Assembly (NCBI RefSeq): GCF_001194135.2 | Contig: NC_068996.1 | Coordinates: 24,439,594-24,484,531, forward strand | Direction: 5' to 3' | Length of the DNA stretch: 44,938 bases | Source of the DNA: Octopus bimaculoides | Lineage: Eukaryota | Part shown: in pieces, positions 1 to 12,789 of the stretch | How the letters are laid out: every line of letters begins with the position of its first letter | Numbering within the stretch: position 1 is the stretch's first letter | Notes under the pieces: generated by a model | Seen by the model: only the letters and a program-made list of their open reading frames with translations | Told to the model about the DNA's origin: nothing | Databases searched by the model: none | Position numbers and translations under genes: made by a program

Positions 1-395
1 ATCTTGTTTTTAGCATTGAGCTCTGTTTTTAGTATTGATCTAACTCATCTATAGTATTCTTTCTTTATTTTCTCTTTCATTTGTGTGTGTTGTATCCTAT
101 CTAGTTCATTGATTCCTAAATATTTGTATGGCTGGCTTTTGTCTAATTCTCTTATTTCATTGGCTTTATCTAGTGTGATGTTGCTACTTTTAACTAGTTT
201 TCCTCTTTTCAGGGTTGCTTTGGCACATTTTTCTAATCCGAATTTCATATCTATTTCCTTGGTAAAGCCGTGTACTGTCTGTAGTAGTGTTTCCAGCTTT
301 TTATCATTTCTAGCGTATAATTTTAGGTCATCCATATATAAAAGGTGGCTGATTGTTTTGCCGTAACATTTGTATCCACACCCAGTTCTATTCTG
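1..395 (-). mobile_element. R4/Dong-clade non-LTR retrotransposon, reverse transcriptase fragment (runs off window start)
   Basis: Minus strand reads RTGCGYKCYGKTISHLLYMDDLKLYA...DMKFGLEKCAK...YKYLGINE...IKKEYYR*VRSILKTELNAKNK: RT YxDD motif, YLG motif and thumb typical of R4/Dong/Rex6; one stop consistent with CGA>TGA. Confidence 0.9.
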
Positions 396-959
396 GGGTG
401 AATGATAAGGTGGAGATTCAATGAAATTGGCTAACCCTTCCAATAAGAATTGCTGGCCCTTATGCCAAAATTTAAAACAATTATTTAATCATCATAATCA
501 TCAGCAGCAGCAGCAACAATCATCATTTCAGCATTCATATTTGTATGCTTGTTTGTGCCAGATAGAAATTGTTGAGGCAGATTTTCTATGTCTGGATGCC
601 CTTCCTGTCCCCAACCATCACCTGCTTACAAACCAGGTAGTATTTCTCCCAAAACCAGATACAGAAGATTGAAAACAAGGGCCACTACTTACATGACAGT
701 GACACTTGTTTTACAACTGTTGTGTGTTAGCAAGACATGAAACACCAACACACACACACACATATACAACAGTCTTCTTTCAATGCAATGTTATTACCAG
801 TTCGAATACGCCAGTGGCAAATTCGAACTTGTAAACAAGTAGATAAATGGTGCAAATACACCTAAACCATCTTGCAGTGCCACCAATCCTCTTCAATCAT
901 AGAAATTGGACAATGGCACTGCAAGTTGATAAGAGAGGCAATCTCTCAGTATATTTACG

Positions 960-1412
960 CCATTTGTCTACAGTGAGAAATTGTCTCCATGACAAAATAT
1001 AGTGAATGGCTTATTTACAAGTTCAAATATGTCATTGGCATATTTGAAGCACCATTTGAGCATGGTCATTGCCAGTGCTGCCAGACTGGCTCCCATACTG
1101 GTGGCATGTAAAAAGCACCATTCGAGCGTGGTTGTTGCCTGTGCTGCCTGACTGATCCTGTGCTGGTGGCACATAAATGCACCATTCAAACGAGGTTGAT
1201 GCCTATACCACTTGAGTGGCCCTCATGCCAGTAGCATGTAAAAACATCCACTACACTCTCAGAGTGGTTGGCATTAGAAACAATGCCAGATCAGATTGCA
1301 GCCTGGTACAGCCTCCTGGCTTACCAGTCCTCAGTCAAACCGTCCAACCCATGCCAGTATGGAAAGTGGACATTATACCATGACAACGATGATGATGATG
1401 ATGATGATGATG
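960..1412 (+). mobile_element. RTE-type LINE 3' UTR fragment / RTE-tail repeat ending in (GAT)n
   Basis: Internal gtggcatgtaaaaagcacc repeats, gagtggttggcattagaaa...ccaacccatgccagtatggaa, then (GAT)n tail; the same body follows an RTE ORF end at 25285-25673. Confidence 0.75.
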
Positions 1413-1464
1413 TAATAACATTGCATTTATACACATTATTGCTTAGCACTCCCACCCCATAGTC

Positions 1465-1600
1465 TTCTTACAGTTTCTATCTACCAAATCCATTCACAAG
1501 TTATTGGTTGGCCTGGGACTAGAGTAGAAGATACCCAAAGAGACACACAATAGGACTGAACCCAAAGCCACATATTTGGGAAGCAAATTTGTTAACCACA
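1465..1600 (-). mobile_element. tRNA-head SINE family A, degenerate 5' fragment
   Basis: Matches the reverse complement of the 5' part of the full copies at 23885-24280 and 41527-41928. Confidence 0.65.
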
Positions 1601-2394
1601 TAATCATCTACAATGAATTCATGACCCTCACAATTTCCACTCTTCTTGATACCATTTTTTTTTTCCAGTTTGACTAATTACCCACAGATAGCTTGTACTG
1701 ATTACAATAGGGAAAAAAAAAAAAAAAAAAAAAAATCAAAAGAAATAAAGGTCAAGCAAACACCAGCAGATATTTGGGAATTTAGTGTTTGAGTTACTTT
1801 ATCAGATATACAAAACATAGAAGATAACAAAGCCAAAGATTCCATGAATGACTTACTATAAAACCTGTTGTAAACCAAGAGCTGATAGCTCTTCATGTGA
1901 TAAGTCTATTTCTTTAAGCTTTCCTTTCCAACAGACACTTTTGTTCTGAGTTAGTGATGTGTATCCAGCTGGTCCAGTATTGTGATGTTATCTCACTAGT
2001 TGTGTACAAACAAACCAGTGTGCTCAAATCTCTTGCTTGTCATAGTAGAAATAAGCAATCAAGTAATAAACAAATAAATAAACAAATAAATAAACAAATA
2101 AATAAACAAACAAATAAATAGACAAACAAATAAATAAATATAAATGATAAATAAATAAATATAGATAATAGATAAATGAATATAAATAAAACAAAATGAA
2201 AATTAGAATGGGGTATTTTTTTTTCTTTTTCTTCGTTTGTTGTTGGTTGCTTCTATTGCGCACAATGAATTAACCATACATATACACTCATACTCGCATT
2301 TACTTATGTATAAGTATGTACATACACATCTACTCACATGCACACATGTATATGTATGCATGTATGTATGTATTTTTCTTCTCTTTTTTTTTTA

Positions 2395-2575
2395 TATTTG
2401 TTTCAGTCATTTGACTGTGCCCATGCTGCAGCACCACCTTAAAGTGTTTTTGTTGAACAATTTGACCCCAGGACTTATTCTGTTGGTCTCTTTGCTGAAC
2501 ACTGAGTTATGGAGATGTAAACACACCGACACCAGTTGTCAACCATTGGTGAGGAGACAAACACAAACACATACA
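2395..2575 (-). mobile_element. SINE family A, 3' fragment
   Basis: ttgtttcagtcatttgactg...ccatgctgcagcaccacc...caggacttattc matches 41527-41620. Confidence 0.75.
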
Positions 2576-2576
2576 C

Positions 2577-2616
<40 letters not shown>

Positions 2617-2744
2617 ATGTGTGTGTGTGCGTGTGTGTGTATGCGTGCGTGCATGTGTGTGTGCGTGTGTGTATGTGTGTGTGTGTATATACATACACAC
2701 ACATACATATATATATATATACACACATATAAACAACAAGCTTG

Positions 2745-2890
2745 TTTCAGTTTCTTATTTCTTTATTGCCCACAAGGGGCTAAACATAGAGGGAACAAAC
2801 AAGGACAGACAAAGGAATTAAGTCGATTACATCGACCCCAGTGTGTAACTGGTACTTAATTTATCGACCCTGAAAGGATGAAAGGCTAAA
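2745..2890 (-). mobile_element. SINE family B, 3' fragment
   Basis: tttctttattgcccacaaggggctaaacatagagggaacaaacaaggacagacaaagg... is near-identical to 39497-39590. Confidence 0.8.
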
Positions 2891-4323
2891 TAAGTTAGTG
2901 GGCTTGCATGGTAGCATCTTGCAAGACAAATCCATACCACCAGAGGAGTGATGAACAGACTTACCAATGAAGTTTGGTTCAGTCTGGAATTTTAAGCTGA
3001 CAGAAACTAGAGCAAGGTTACAAACAGGGTAGATAATTTCACCGAGATCCATTTGATGAACCAGGATGGTTCATCAACGACTGAATTATGTCTTTATTGC
3101 CATATCATACAAATACTACATGAACCTATCAAACACCTTTCATGTCTTAATGCTCTTGCTTTAGCTCTGATAATGAAATCTTTTTTTCAGTTATAATGCA
3201 TTTTCTAATTGTCTCTTCTAATTTATTTATTTACTCCCTCTCTAATCTATTTTTCTCTACTGTTACTTCTTTGTTAGACATTATAATCTGTGCACTAATT
3301 GCTCACTTCAGAGCGCTCACTACTAATTGTTGATGATTGCAGCAATAAACAAATATAAAAAGAAATTCAGTATTGCTGTCCATGTTCTGCTTCCAGTATC
3401 TAGGTCTCTATCTATGCTCTCTATTTAGGTCAGCTATGCAGGTCACAAATTTTTGGTCTGAGTAGTCAACAAGTTGAAACTGTGGACACCCAACACAGTT
3501 TATCACTCAGCAAACACTCCATTTAGATGTGATTAGATGACCCCAATATGGTTGCTCTCTGACCATGCTGGTCTGTTAATANNNNNNNNNNNNNNNNNNN
3601 NNNNNNNNNNNNNNNNNNNNNNNNNNNNNNNNNNNNNNNNNNNNNNNNNNNNNNNNNNNNNNNNNNNNNNNNNNNNNNNNNNNNNNNNNNNNNNNNNNNN
3701 NNNNNNNNNNNNNNNNNNNNNNNNNNNNNNNNNNNNNNNNNNNNNNNNNNNNNNNNNNNNNNNNNNNNNNNNNNNNNNNNNNNNNNNNNNNNNNNNNNNN
3801 NNNNNNNNNNNNNNNNNNNNNNNNNNNNNNNNNNNNNNNNNNNNNNNNNNNNNNNNNNNNNNNNNNNNNNNNNNNNNNNNNNNNNNNNNNNNNNNNNNNN
3901 NNNNNNNNNNNNNNNNNNNNNNNNNNNNNNNNNNNNNNNNNNNNNNNNNNNNNNNNNNNNNNNNNNNNNNNNNNNNNNNNNNNNNNNNNNNNNNNNNNNN
4001 NNNNNNNNNNNNNNNNNNNNNNNNNNNNNNNNNNNNNNNNNNNNNNNNNNNNNNNNNNNNNNNNNNNNGTGATTAGATGACCCCAATATGGTTGCTCTCT
4101 GACCATGCTGGTCTGTTAATAGCAGACAATGAGAGGATGGGAAATTGGCTAATTATTCTCTAATTTGAGAAAACACTGACAGTTTTTAAATGCTCTTTTT
4201 CCCAGGTCTTGATAATGTTATCAGAATGTTAGAATGAAATTGAAAAATTCTATTGGAGAAATTTATTAAAAAAAAAGAAAAAAGAAAAAAGAGTGGAGGT
4301 AAACTTATGTAGCTCTGATATAA

Positions 4324-4407
<84 letters not shown>

Positions 4408-4438
4408 AAGAAAAAGAAGTAGTAGTAGTAGTAGTAGT

Positions 4439-4473
<35 letters not shown>

Positions 4474-4544
4474 CGGCTATAATGATTTCAAGTTTTTAGC
4501 NNNNNNNNNNNNNNNNNNNNNNNNNNNNNNNNNNNGGGGGGGGG

Positions 4545-4978
4545 GGCTAGTCATTTACCTCAACCCCAGTGCATGACTGGTACTTATTTCATTGACTCTA
4601 AAAGGATCAAAGGCAAATTTAGCCTCGGCACCATATGAACTCAGAACATATGGGCGATGAAATGCCGCTGAGAATTTTGTGCGGTGTGGTAACAATTCTG
4701 TGAGTTCACTACCTCATAAGAATGATAATAATAACAACAACAACAACAACAATAATAATAATGGTTTCAAATTTTTTTGCACAAAGCCAGCAATTTCCAG
4801 GTAGAGTGCCAGCCAGTTGCATTGACTCCAGTGCTCAACTGGTGTATATTTTATCGACTCTGAAATGATCCAAAGCAAAGTTGACCTAGGCACCATTTGA
4901 ACTCACAACATAAAGGCAGATGAAGTATCATTAAGCGTTTTGGCCGGTGCAGTAACAATTCTGTGAGTTCACTGCCTC
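4545..4978 (-). mobile_element. Two tandem SINE family B copies separated by (AAT/AAC)n
   Basis: Two similar blocks (4550-4715, 4770-4978): cagtgc..actggtacttattt..tcgac..aaagg..aaaggcaa..ttgacct.ggc.ccatttgaactca.aaca. Confidence 0.7.
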
Positions 4979-4997
4979 AATGATGATGATGATGATG

Positions 4998-5436
<439 letters not shown>

Positions 5437-5470
5437 AATAATAATAATAATAACAACAACAACAATAATA

Positions 5471-5877
5471 ATTGCCACTCCTGTGGATACAAGCATAGCT
5501 GACAAAGAGCTGAAAAATGTGGAAACATAAAAATTACTAAAAGACAAAATAAAAGAATGTCAGCAATGGAGAGTAACTGTCATTTCAGTAGTTGAAGAGC
5601 ATTTGGAGCACTAACAACCAACTACAAGAAATATGTTGGAGAAATTGGAATTGACATGAGGGTAGAACATGCTCAAAAATCTGCTTTATTGGGGATAGCA
5701 AGGATTTTGAGATTGATACTTGGGTGTTGAGTATCTTCCATGATAGTTAATATCCAAGTACCAACTCATAATTTGCATAAATAGATCCTATGAGACCTCT
5801 GACAACAGGTTGTTGTCTGCTCTCACGGAATCAGCCAGAGCAAGTAAGACTAGGAACTCTAAGAAGTAAGATGTAAC

Positions 5878-5878
<1 letters not shown>
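5471..5878 (+). mobile_element. Dong/R4-type LINE 3' end (REL C-terminus + 3' UTR) between (TAA)n tracts
   Basis: Frameshifted translation IATPVDTSIADKELK...VTVISVV..AFGALTTNYKKYVGEIGIDMRVEHAQKSALLGIARILRLILGC*; AAT/AAC repeats on both flanks. Confidence 0.8.
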
Positions 5879-5967
<89 letters not shown>

Positions 5968-5984
5968 AATAATAATCATCATAC

Positions 5985-6040
<56 letters not shown>

Positions 6041-6350
6041 GTTTAACGTCCACCGCTTTCCATGCTAGCATGGGTTGGATGATTTGACTGAGGACTGGTG
6101 AACCAGATGGCTACACCAGGCTCCAATCTGATCTGACAGAGTTTCTACAGCTGGATGCCCTTCCTAACGCTAACCACTCCGAGAGTGCAGTGGGTGCTTT
6201 TGCATGCCACTGGCACGAGGGCCAATCAGGCGGTACTGGTAACGGCCACGCTCAAATGGTGTTTTTACATGCCACCTGTACAGGAGCCAGTCCAGCGGCA
6301 TTGGCAACAACCTCGCTCGAATGTTTTTGGCAACGACCTCGCTCGAATGT
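5985..6350 (-). mobile_element. RTE-type LINE 3' UTR fragment, young (CpG retained), (CAT)n tail
   Basis: (cat)n cgtttaacgtcc..tttccatgctagcatgggttgga...gctggatgcccttcctaacgc; same family as 15630-16050. Confidence 0.8.
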
Positions 6351-6384
6351 TTTTCATAATAATAATAATGATAATAATAATAAT

Positions 6385-6605
6385 AATAATCCTTTCTGCT
6401 GAAGGCACAAGGCCTGAAACTTTGGGAGAGGAAGCTCGTCAATTACATCGACTCCAGTGCTCAACTTGTATTTAATTTATTGACCCCAAAAGAATGAAAG
6501 GCAGAGTTGACCTTGGTGGAATTTGAACTCAGAACATAAAGATGGATAAAATGCCACTAAGCATTATGCCCAGCATGTTAACAATTCTGCCAACTCACCG
6601 CCTTC
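6385..6605 (-). mobile_element. SINE family B
   Basis: cctttctgctgaaggcacaaggcctgaaac...gaaaggcagagttgaccttggtggaatttgaactcagaac...ttctgccaactcaccgcc. Confidence 0.75.
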
Positions 6606-6627
6606 AAAATGATGATGATGATGATGA

Positions 6628-7100
6628 TTTCAGGCTGCCCAGTCCCTGCTAAGTCTGAATCTGTATACAGACATGACAAAGTAAGCAGTTATACCCACTG
6701 GACAATATGCCAACATTACAACATCAAAACTGACAACAGGTGGTATAAGTATGAGCGAAGCAAGATACAAGACAATGATCAGGCCACAATCATCTGGCAT
6801 ATGCCGGTTCAAAGTACAAAGATCTCGAAATTGAAGTAAAACAAAATGTGGGGCTTGAAGGTAAAAACAATACCAATAATAATTAGAGCATTGGGCATGA
6901 TAAAAAAAAAATCATATGAACAAAAATGTAGAAGCTATAACTGGATCCTCAACTCTACACACTGTCCAAAAAATAAAACCCTGCTAGGAACAGACCACAT
7001 CCTACACAGAATCTCTATCAATCCATTAATACAACCTAAACAAAACAACCCACAAATACATGACACGCTCTATACAGCGTTTACCCAGTGAAATAAACTC
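6628..7100 (+). mobile_element. Dong/R4-type LINE, degenerate CCHC-REL region + 3' UTR
   Basis: ISGCPVPAKSESVYRHDKVSSYTHWTICQHYNIKTDNRWYKY...QATIIWHMPVQ and MWGLKVKTIPIIIRALGMIKK...KTLLGTDHILHRISI, matching the R4-clade pattern ISGC..LA..EY..RHD..IHW / IPIIIGALG / LLGTAHILR. Confidence 0.8.
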
Positions 7101-7374
7101 TCACCAGCAAACTAGAAAGCCAAAGCATTGCACACTCAACACACAATACAAGCAGTAACACAACAAAAGACAGCACCACACCCCAAGGAAAAAAAACAAA
7201 CTAACACAATACAATAATGGCAAGAGTTCGCACACTCCCAACAGCAGAAAAGAACACACAAAGCTGCACACACCCCAACATGGAGGTGTAGCAGGTGCTG
7301 CAGTGGAAATTTGCCTCAAATTACCAAATATTGAACAATTATATTATTATTCTTGTTGTTGTTGTTGTTATAAG

Positions 7375-8535
7375 GACTGGTTGTATCAATCACTACAGAG
7401 ACAAAGAAGAGGTCTAATTAACTGTGAAATGTGTGCTAAGTCTGAGGAAAATAATCTGGAATAGTATGTAAAGAATTCAAAGGAGAGATTGATGGCAGGA
7501 GTAAGAAAGATAAAAGTCCTAAGCAGTGATGAAGCAAAGGAAAATGGAGAACTTAAACAAGACAGACAAGGATACTCTGAAAAATGGAAAGGAAGAAACA
7601 TGTATGATCAATTCTTGTGGGAAATACCTAAGACAACTAATAAAAATAAGATCTGGGAATGGAATAGGAAAAGTGACTTGAAAGTGAAAACTGAAGTCCT
7701 TATCTTCACAACCCAAGAACAGGCACTGATAACATAGCAGAGACTCCAGCAAAGAAGATCTGAAGAAAGAATTGTAATTCCGAAATATCATCAGACTATA
7801 GATAACCAAATTACAACAGGTATATAGTCCATTTTTTGTTCTATAGTGCATTGTTGTACCATTCTAAACTTTTTATTCTTTACATACCATTTCATGTTCA
7901 ATCTTGACAAGTCAGTGACTTCCCCACTTTGTAGGTTGTGTGGTAAGAAAGGTGAAACAATAAACCAGATTATTAGTGAACGTAAGATGCTTGCACGGAA
8001 AGAGTACAAGAGAGGGCATGACAACATTGCCAGATTGATTCACTGGAAGCTCTGTCATAAGTATGACATGAGAAATGATATGAGCATCAGCTGAAAAGGG
8101 TTGCTGAACAGTATAAGATCTTGTGGGACATGACCATCCAGTGTTATCATGGCTAGAAAACCTGACATTGTTGTCAGAGAAAAGAAGGACAAAGCAATTA
8201 TTATGAATATTGCTTTCCCATGGGACCACAAGGTAAATGAAAGAGGGAAATCAGGAATCTGTGGAGAATCAGACTCTAAGAAATGGTAGCAATTGTGGTT
8301 GGTGCACTGGGAGCAGTTAGTAAAAGGTTAGATGCATGACTTGAGAAGCTAGAAATTACCATCAGAACAAGATTGTTGCAGAGAACAGCCATGTTGCGAG
8401 TAGCAAGGATTCTAAGGAAGGTGTTTGAAAATTGAAGGAGGAGTAGCTCAAAGGACCTTTGGCCATTGGATATGGCTTGCTCTTTTGGTATAATGTCAAT
8501 ATAACATCTGCCAGAGCAAAAGGATCAGGGATAAC
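7375..8535 (+). mobile_element. Dong/R4-type LINE 3' third (post-RT domain, CCHC knuckle, REL endonuclease, 3' UTR), interrupted at ~7735-7890
   Basis: WKGRNMYDQF...WEWNRKSDLKVKTEVLIFTTQEQAL; LCRLCGKKGETINQIISE.KMLARKEYKRGHDNIARLIHWKLC; RKPDIVVREKKDKAIIMNIAFPWD; IVVGALGAVSK...ARILRKVFE; ends in AAC/AAT repeats. Confidence 0.85.
7757..7792 (+). ncRNA. Degenerate minimal type I hammerhead-like motif in a ~150-bp insertion inside the Dong LINE
   Basis: gat-CTGAAGA-a-agaat(tgta)attcc-GAAA-t-ATC-atc; GAAAtATC is explicable as CpG decay of GAAACGTC; stem I only 3 bp. Confidence 0.5.
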
Positions 8536-8611
8536 AACAATAACAACAACAACAACAACAATAATAATAATAATAATGATGATGATGATGATGATGATGA
8601 TAATAATAATA

Positions 8612-9044
8612 AATGCCCTGACGCAATACCAGGCATTGGCTCTCATGGCTTCTGATCTGAACCGATTGGAAGTGTTATCATTGTTTTGTCTTGGTTTAAA
8701 AGATAGGCTACAGCAAGTATTCTGCTCAATACCACAGATTTGCTTGTCAGTTGTTTGACCTTAACCAGTTGAACATGTTCCTTGGTGGCTGATGATATGT
8801 GCATCTCTGATTCTGAGCCAGAATAATGGAAGAGAATCATAGTCTTGTGTTGAGAGGAATTCTTTGGGGCTTGAATAATTCACCTTTGGAAACATGGATG
8901 TTTTGTTCATCATCCTTAAACAACCCTTATTCAGGGACCTTTTAAGTGGGATGCCTGGTGTACCCTTATCAGACGGGTAGTTATAATGGGCTTCGTATAT
9001 TTTACCCTAGTGTCACTTTGATGGCATACACTGCTCTCTCACTC
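8612..9044 (+). mobile_element. Repeat family F (internally deleted), (TAA)n-bounded
   Basis: Starts aataataataa|atgccctgacgcaatacc, ends ctcactc|aataata; lacks roughly 115 bp present in 5101-5436. Confidence 0.8.
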
Positions 9045-9069
9045 AATAATAATAATAATAATAATAATA

Positions 9070-9120
<51 letters not shown>

Positions 9121-9762
9121 GAGTGAGAGAGCAGTGCATGCCATCAAAGTGACANNNNNNNNNNNNNNNNNNNNNNNNNNNNNNNNNNNNNNNNNNNNNN
9201 NNNNNNNNNNNNNNNNNNNNNNNNNNNNNNNNNNNNNNNNNNNNNNNNNNNNNNNNNNNNNNNNNNNNNNNNNNNNNNNNNNNNNNNNNNNNNNNNNNNN
9301 NNNNNNNNNNNNNNNNNNNNNNNNNNNNNNNNNNNNNNNNNNNNNNNNNNNNNNNNNNNNNNNNNNNNNNNNNNNNNNNNNNNNNNNNNNNNNNNNNNNN
9401 NNNNNNNNNNNNNNNNNNNNNNNNNNNNNNNNNNNNNNNNNNNNNNNNNNNNNNNNNNNNNNNNNNNNNNNNNNNNNNNNNNNNNNNNNNNNNNNNNNNN
9501 NNNNNNNNNNNATTCCTCTCAACACATGGCTATGATGCTCCCCACTACTTCTGCTCGTGATCAGAGATGCACATATCGTCAGCCACCAAGGGACATGCTC
9601 AACTGGTTAAGGTCAAACAACTGACAAGCAAATCTGTGGTATTAAGCAGAATATTTGCTGTAGCCCATCTTTTATACCAAGACAAAACAATGTACATGAT
9701 AACACTTCCAATCAATTAAGATCAGAAGCCATGAGAGCCACTGCCTGGTACTGCATCAGGAC

Positions 9763-9766
<4 letters not shown>
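9121..9766 (-). mobile_element. Repeat family F, inverted copy (spans a gap), (TTA)n-bounded
   Basis: 9121-9154 and 9512-9766 are the reverse complement of parts of 8612-9044; both ends abut (TTA)n. Confidence 0.8.
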
Positions 9767-9829
<63 letters not shown>

Positions 9830-9832
<3 letters not shown>

Positions 9833-9985
9833 TCTAATATAGGCACAAGGTTTGAAATGTGAGGGAGGGAACAAGTTGATACCATCAACCTCAGTACTTG
9901 GCTGGTAGTTTATTTTATTGACATCCTGAGGAACAATAGGCAAAGTTGATCTCGGCAGAATTTGAACTCAGAACGTAAATACTGC
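9830..9985 (-). mobile_element. SINE family B fragment
   Basis: ctaatataggcacaagg...aggcaaagttgatctcggcagaatttgaactcagaacgtaaa. Confidence 0.7.
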
Positions 9986-10883
9986 CATTCAAATTATTCA
10001 ACACATCTTTAATTCAAGTTTTATATGGGTACTAATTTTATTTTCTCTGAATAAAGCTACAAGTCAAATACATAAAAGTATTTCAGGGGATTGATTAGGT
10101 TGATAGAATTGGCGCCTTTTCAAAACCAGGTAGTGTGAAATGCTTATTTTCATTCATCTTTACAGCATTATAGAAATATTCTACACAGGCCTTCACTGAG
10201 CAGGCGCTGACAAATCAAAGGACAATTAAAGAAGTAAATCATGCCATTTATTTGTTTGTTTGGTTCTTTATTTTTGTTTGTGATTTTTTTATATATTTCT
10301 TTATTCAGTTTATTTATTTATCTTATTTTATTTATTTATTCATTTTTTTTTTGTTCTTGTACTAGTTCGACTGTAATGTCACAGAATATGACTACACATT
10401 TTTTCTTTTTCTTTTTTTTTTTTTTTTTTACCATTGTATGAGTATTATAACACCGCATATTGTTCAAATTTGAAAGCCTGGGGAAATTTTTCATACAAGC
10501 TGCCTTTCATTACTATCAGATTTACTGACCTTCTACTCGCTTGATAAATTGCTTTTAACTTTTTCCTTCTTCTAGCAGTGGTGGTTGTAGATTATTACAA
10601 AGACATTAGATAACAAAGAATGAGCACATTCAGTCAACCTTACTTCACTTCTTTCACCTGTTAATTGTTGATTACATCAGCTGGGTCAACCCCACCACCA
10701 CCACCACCACCACCATCACCATTGTGGTTGTGCTACAACAAAAAATATATAAACAAATAGATAAATAAATAAAATAGAATAAAAAAAAGTTTTGTTTATG
10801 CTTTTCTTTTTGTTTTTTCACTGTTTTGGTGTGTTTGTGCGTAAGCAGGTAATTCAATGGACTTTGTAAGTTTCAAGGTACAG

Positions 10884-10938
<55 letters not shown>

Positions 10939-11074
10939 CAGAGAGACAGAGAGACAGACAGACAGAACTATACATACAAACTTATATATATATATATATA
11001 TATATATAAAGATAGATAGATAGGTAGATAGATAGATAGATAGATAGATTGATATGTATATATAGATATCATCA

Positions 11075-11190
11075 TCATTATCCTCATCATCATCATTGTC
11101 ATTGTCTAACGTCTGCCTTCCATGCTGGCATGGGTGGGACAGTTTGACAAGAGCTGGCCAGGTAGAAGCCTGCACCAGACTTCTATAACT
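11075..11190 (-). mobile_element. RTE-tail 3' fragment
   Basis: (cat)n...taacgtctgccttccatgctggcatgggtgggacagtttgac. Confidence 0.7.
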
Positions 11191-12404
11191 GTTTTGGCAA
11201 CAAATATATGTATGCGTGTGTATGTATACATATGCATAGGCTGACAGACAGGCAGGCAAGCAGGCAGGCAGGTAGGTAGGCAGGTTGGTAGGTAGGTAGG
11301 TAGGTAGGTAGGTAGGTAGGTAGGTAGGTAGAGACAGACAGACAGTTAGCTGAGTCCATAGTATGTACAAATGTACCAGCCAAAGGAACAGTTAAGTTTT
11401 ACATTGCACCTGTTTCTGCTCCATTGATTCCAGCAAATACACATCACTCTTGACAGCCCAAATCCAAGTGAATGTACATAAGTAATACAAGGAGGCGGAG
11501 TTAATTTATTTCTATATCCAGTTCAATCAAACTAGCCAGAAATGAATATTATACTAAGGTACAGTTCACTCCTGCATTTGACAAAACCCAGCTGTAATCA
11601 AAAACTATATAGATGTATCATATTAGCCACTGCATTCACTGTCTATCTGCCTCTAAATTGATATCATGAGTGAAGGGAAGAGTTCACCATACAAACTGGC
11701 TGCAGCATGCCAAGTATTTAATTTCTTTTTACTTTTTGATATATACTTGATGTGTGGGAGAATGCAGGTGAGGTTGTACTTATGGTCTTTGCAAGTTATC
11801 CAAGACTGGTGAGTGTGAGATCATTGTGATTTGATGATCTTCCTCTTGAACAATTGCTGAGAACTACAGATTCTAGAGTTCCTGAGGGTTGATGTTCTGA
11901 AAAGAAGGACAGGCATAGTAAGCGGTGTGTGTGCGTGTGTGTGTGTGTGTGCACGCGTGTGAGTGTGCGTGCGCACGTGTGTGTGTGTGTGCGCACGTGT
12001 GCGTGTGTGTGCGCACGTGTGCGTGTGTGTGCGCACGTGTGCGTGTGTGCATGTGTGTCTATTTTTTGTATTAATGTAAATATGTAAGTTATTTATTATT
12101 AAATATGATAATATAAGTTATTTACATATTTTTGAGTTATGAAACAATTTGTTGTGATATTAGAATTTTCTTATTGTTAAATAAAATTATCTGAAACTAT
12201 TTTTTTTTCTGTCATTTATGACTTGAATACATTCTTTATCATTGTCTCTTGTATTATACTATACATTCTATGTTTCATAGAATGATACGTTAAGGAGCTT
12301 TTTTTATGAATACTACCAGATTACCTAATTCCATATATTATGACTTAAATTTACACACATACACACACACACACATGTATATGCATATACATGTATTTAT
12401 ATAT

Positions 12405-12590
12405 GCCATATTAAAAGCAACTAGCACACACTGTAAAGTGGTTGGTGTTAGGAAGGGCATCCAGCCCACAGAAACCAAACCAAATTAGACTGGAACCGGG
12501 TGCAGCTCTCCTGGCTTGCCAGCTCTGGTCAAACAGTCCAACCTATGCTAGCATGGAAAACAGACGTTAAAGGATGATGATGATGATGAT
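12405..12590 (+). mobile_element. RTE-tail 3' fragment with (GAT)n tail
   Basis: aagtggttggtgttaggaagggcatccagc...ccaacctatgctagcatggaaaacagacgttaaaggatgatg. Confidence 0.75.
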
Positions 12591-12789
12591 ATATATTTAT
12601 ATATATACACCCATATGTAGATATGTACATCTCGATGAAACCTTTTATAATAATGCTTTTTTAAGGTGGTGCTCCAGCATGGCTGCAGTCAAATGACTGA
12701 AACAAATAAAAGAATAAAAGAATACATACACACTCATTGTTTGTGACTCGTTTCATAGTGTCAGGTTACAAATAAGATCACATGACTGA

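Noticed and set aside
2965-3125. Minus-strand GTAAGT donor at 2964, and a 10-bp hairpin at 3053-3077
   Set aside because: Upstream frames contain stops; a hairpin this short is expected by chance; no SECIS or miRNA features.
3529-4121. Identical ~53-nt sequence on both sides of an N-gap (similar at 39487-39593/39726-39830 and around 13940)
   Set aside because: Typical unmerged contig overlap in a scaffold; not a biological repeat.
11350-11920. Non-repetitive, coding-looking stretch
   Set aside because: All frames are interrupted and no recognisable domain was found.
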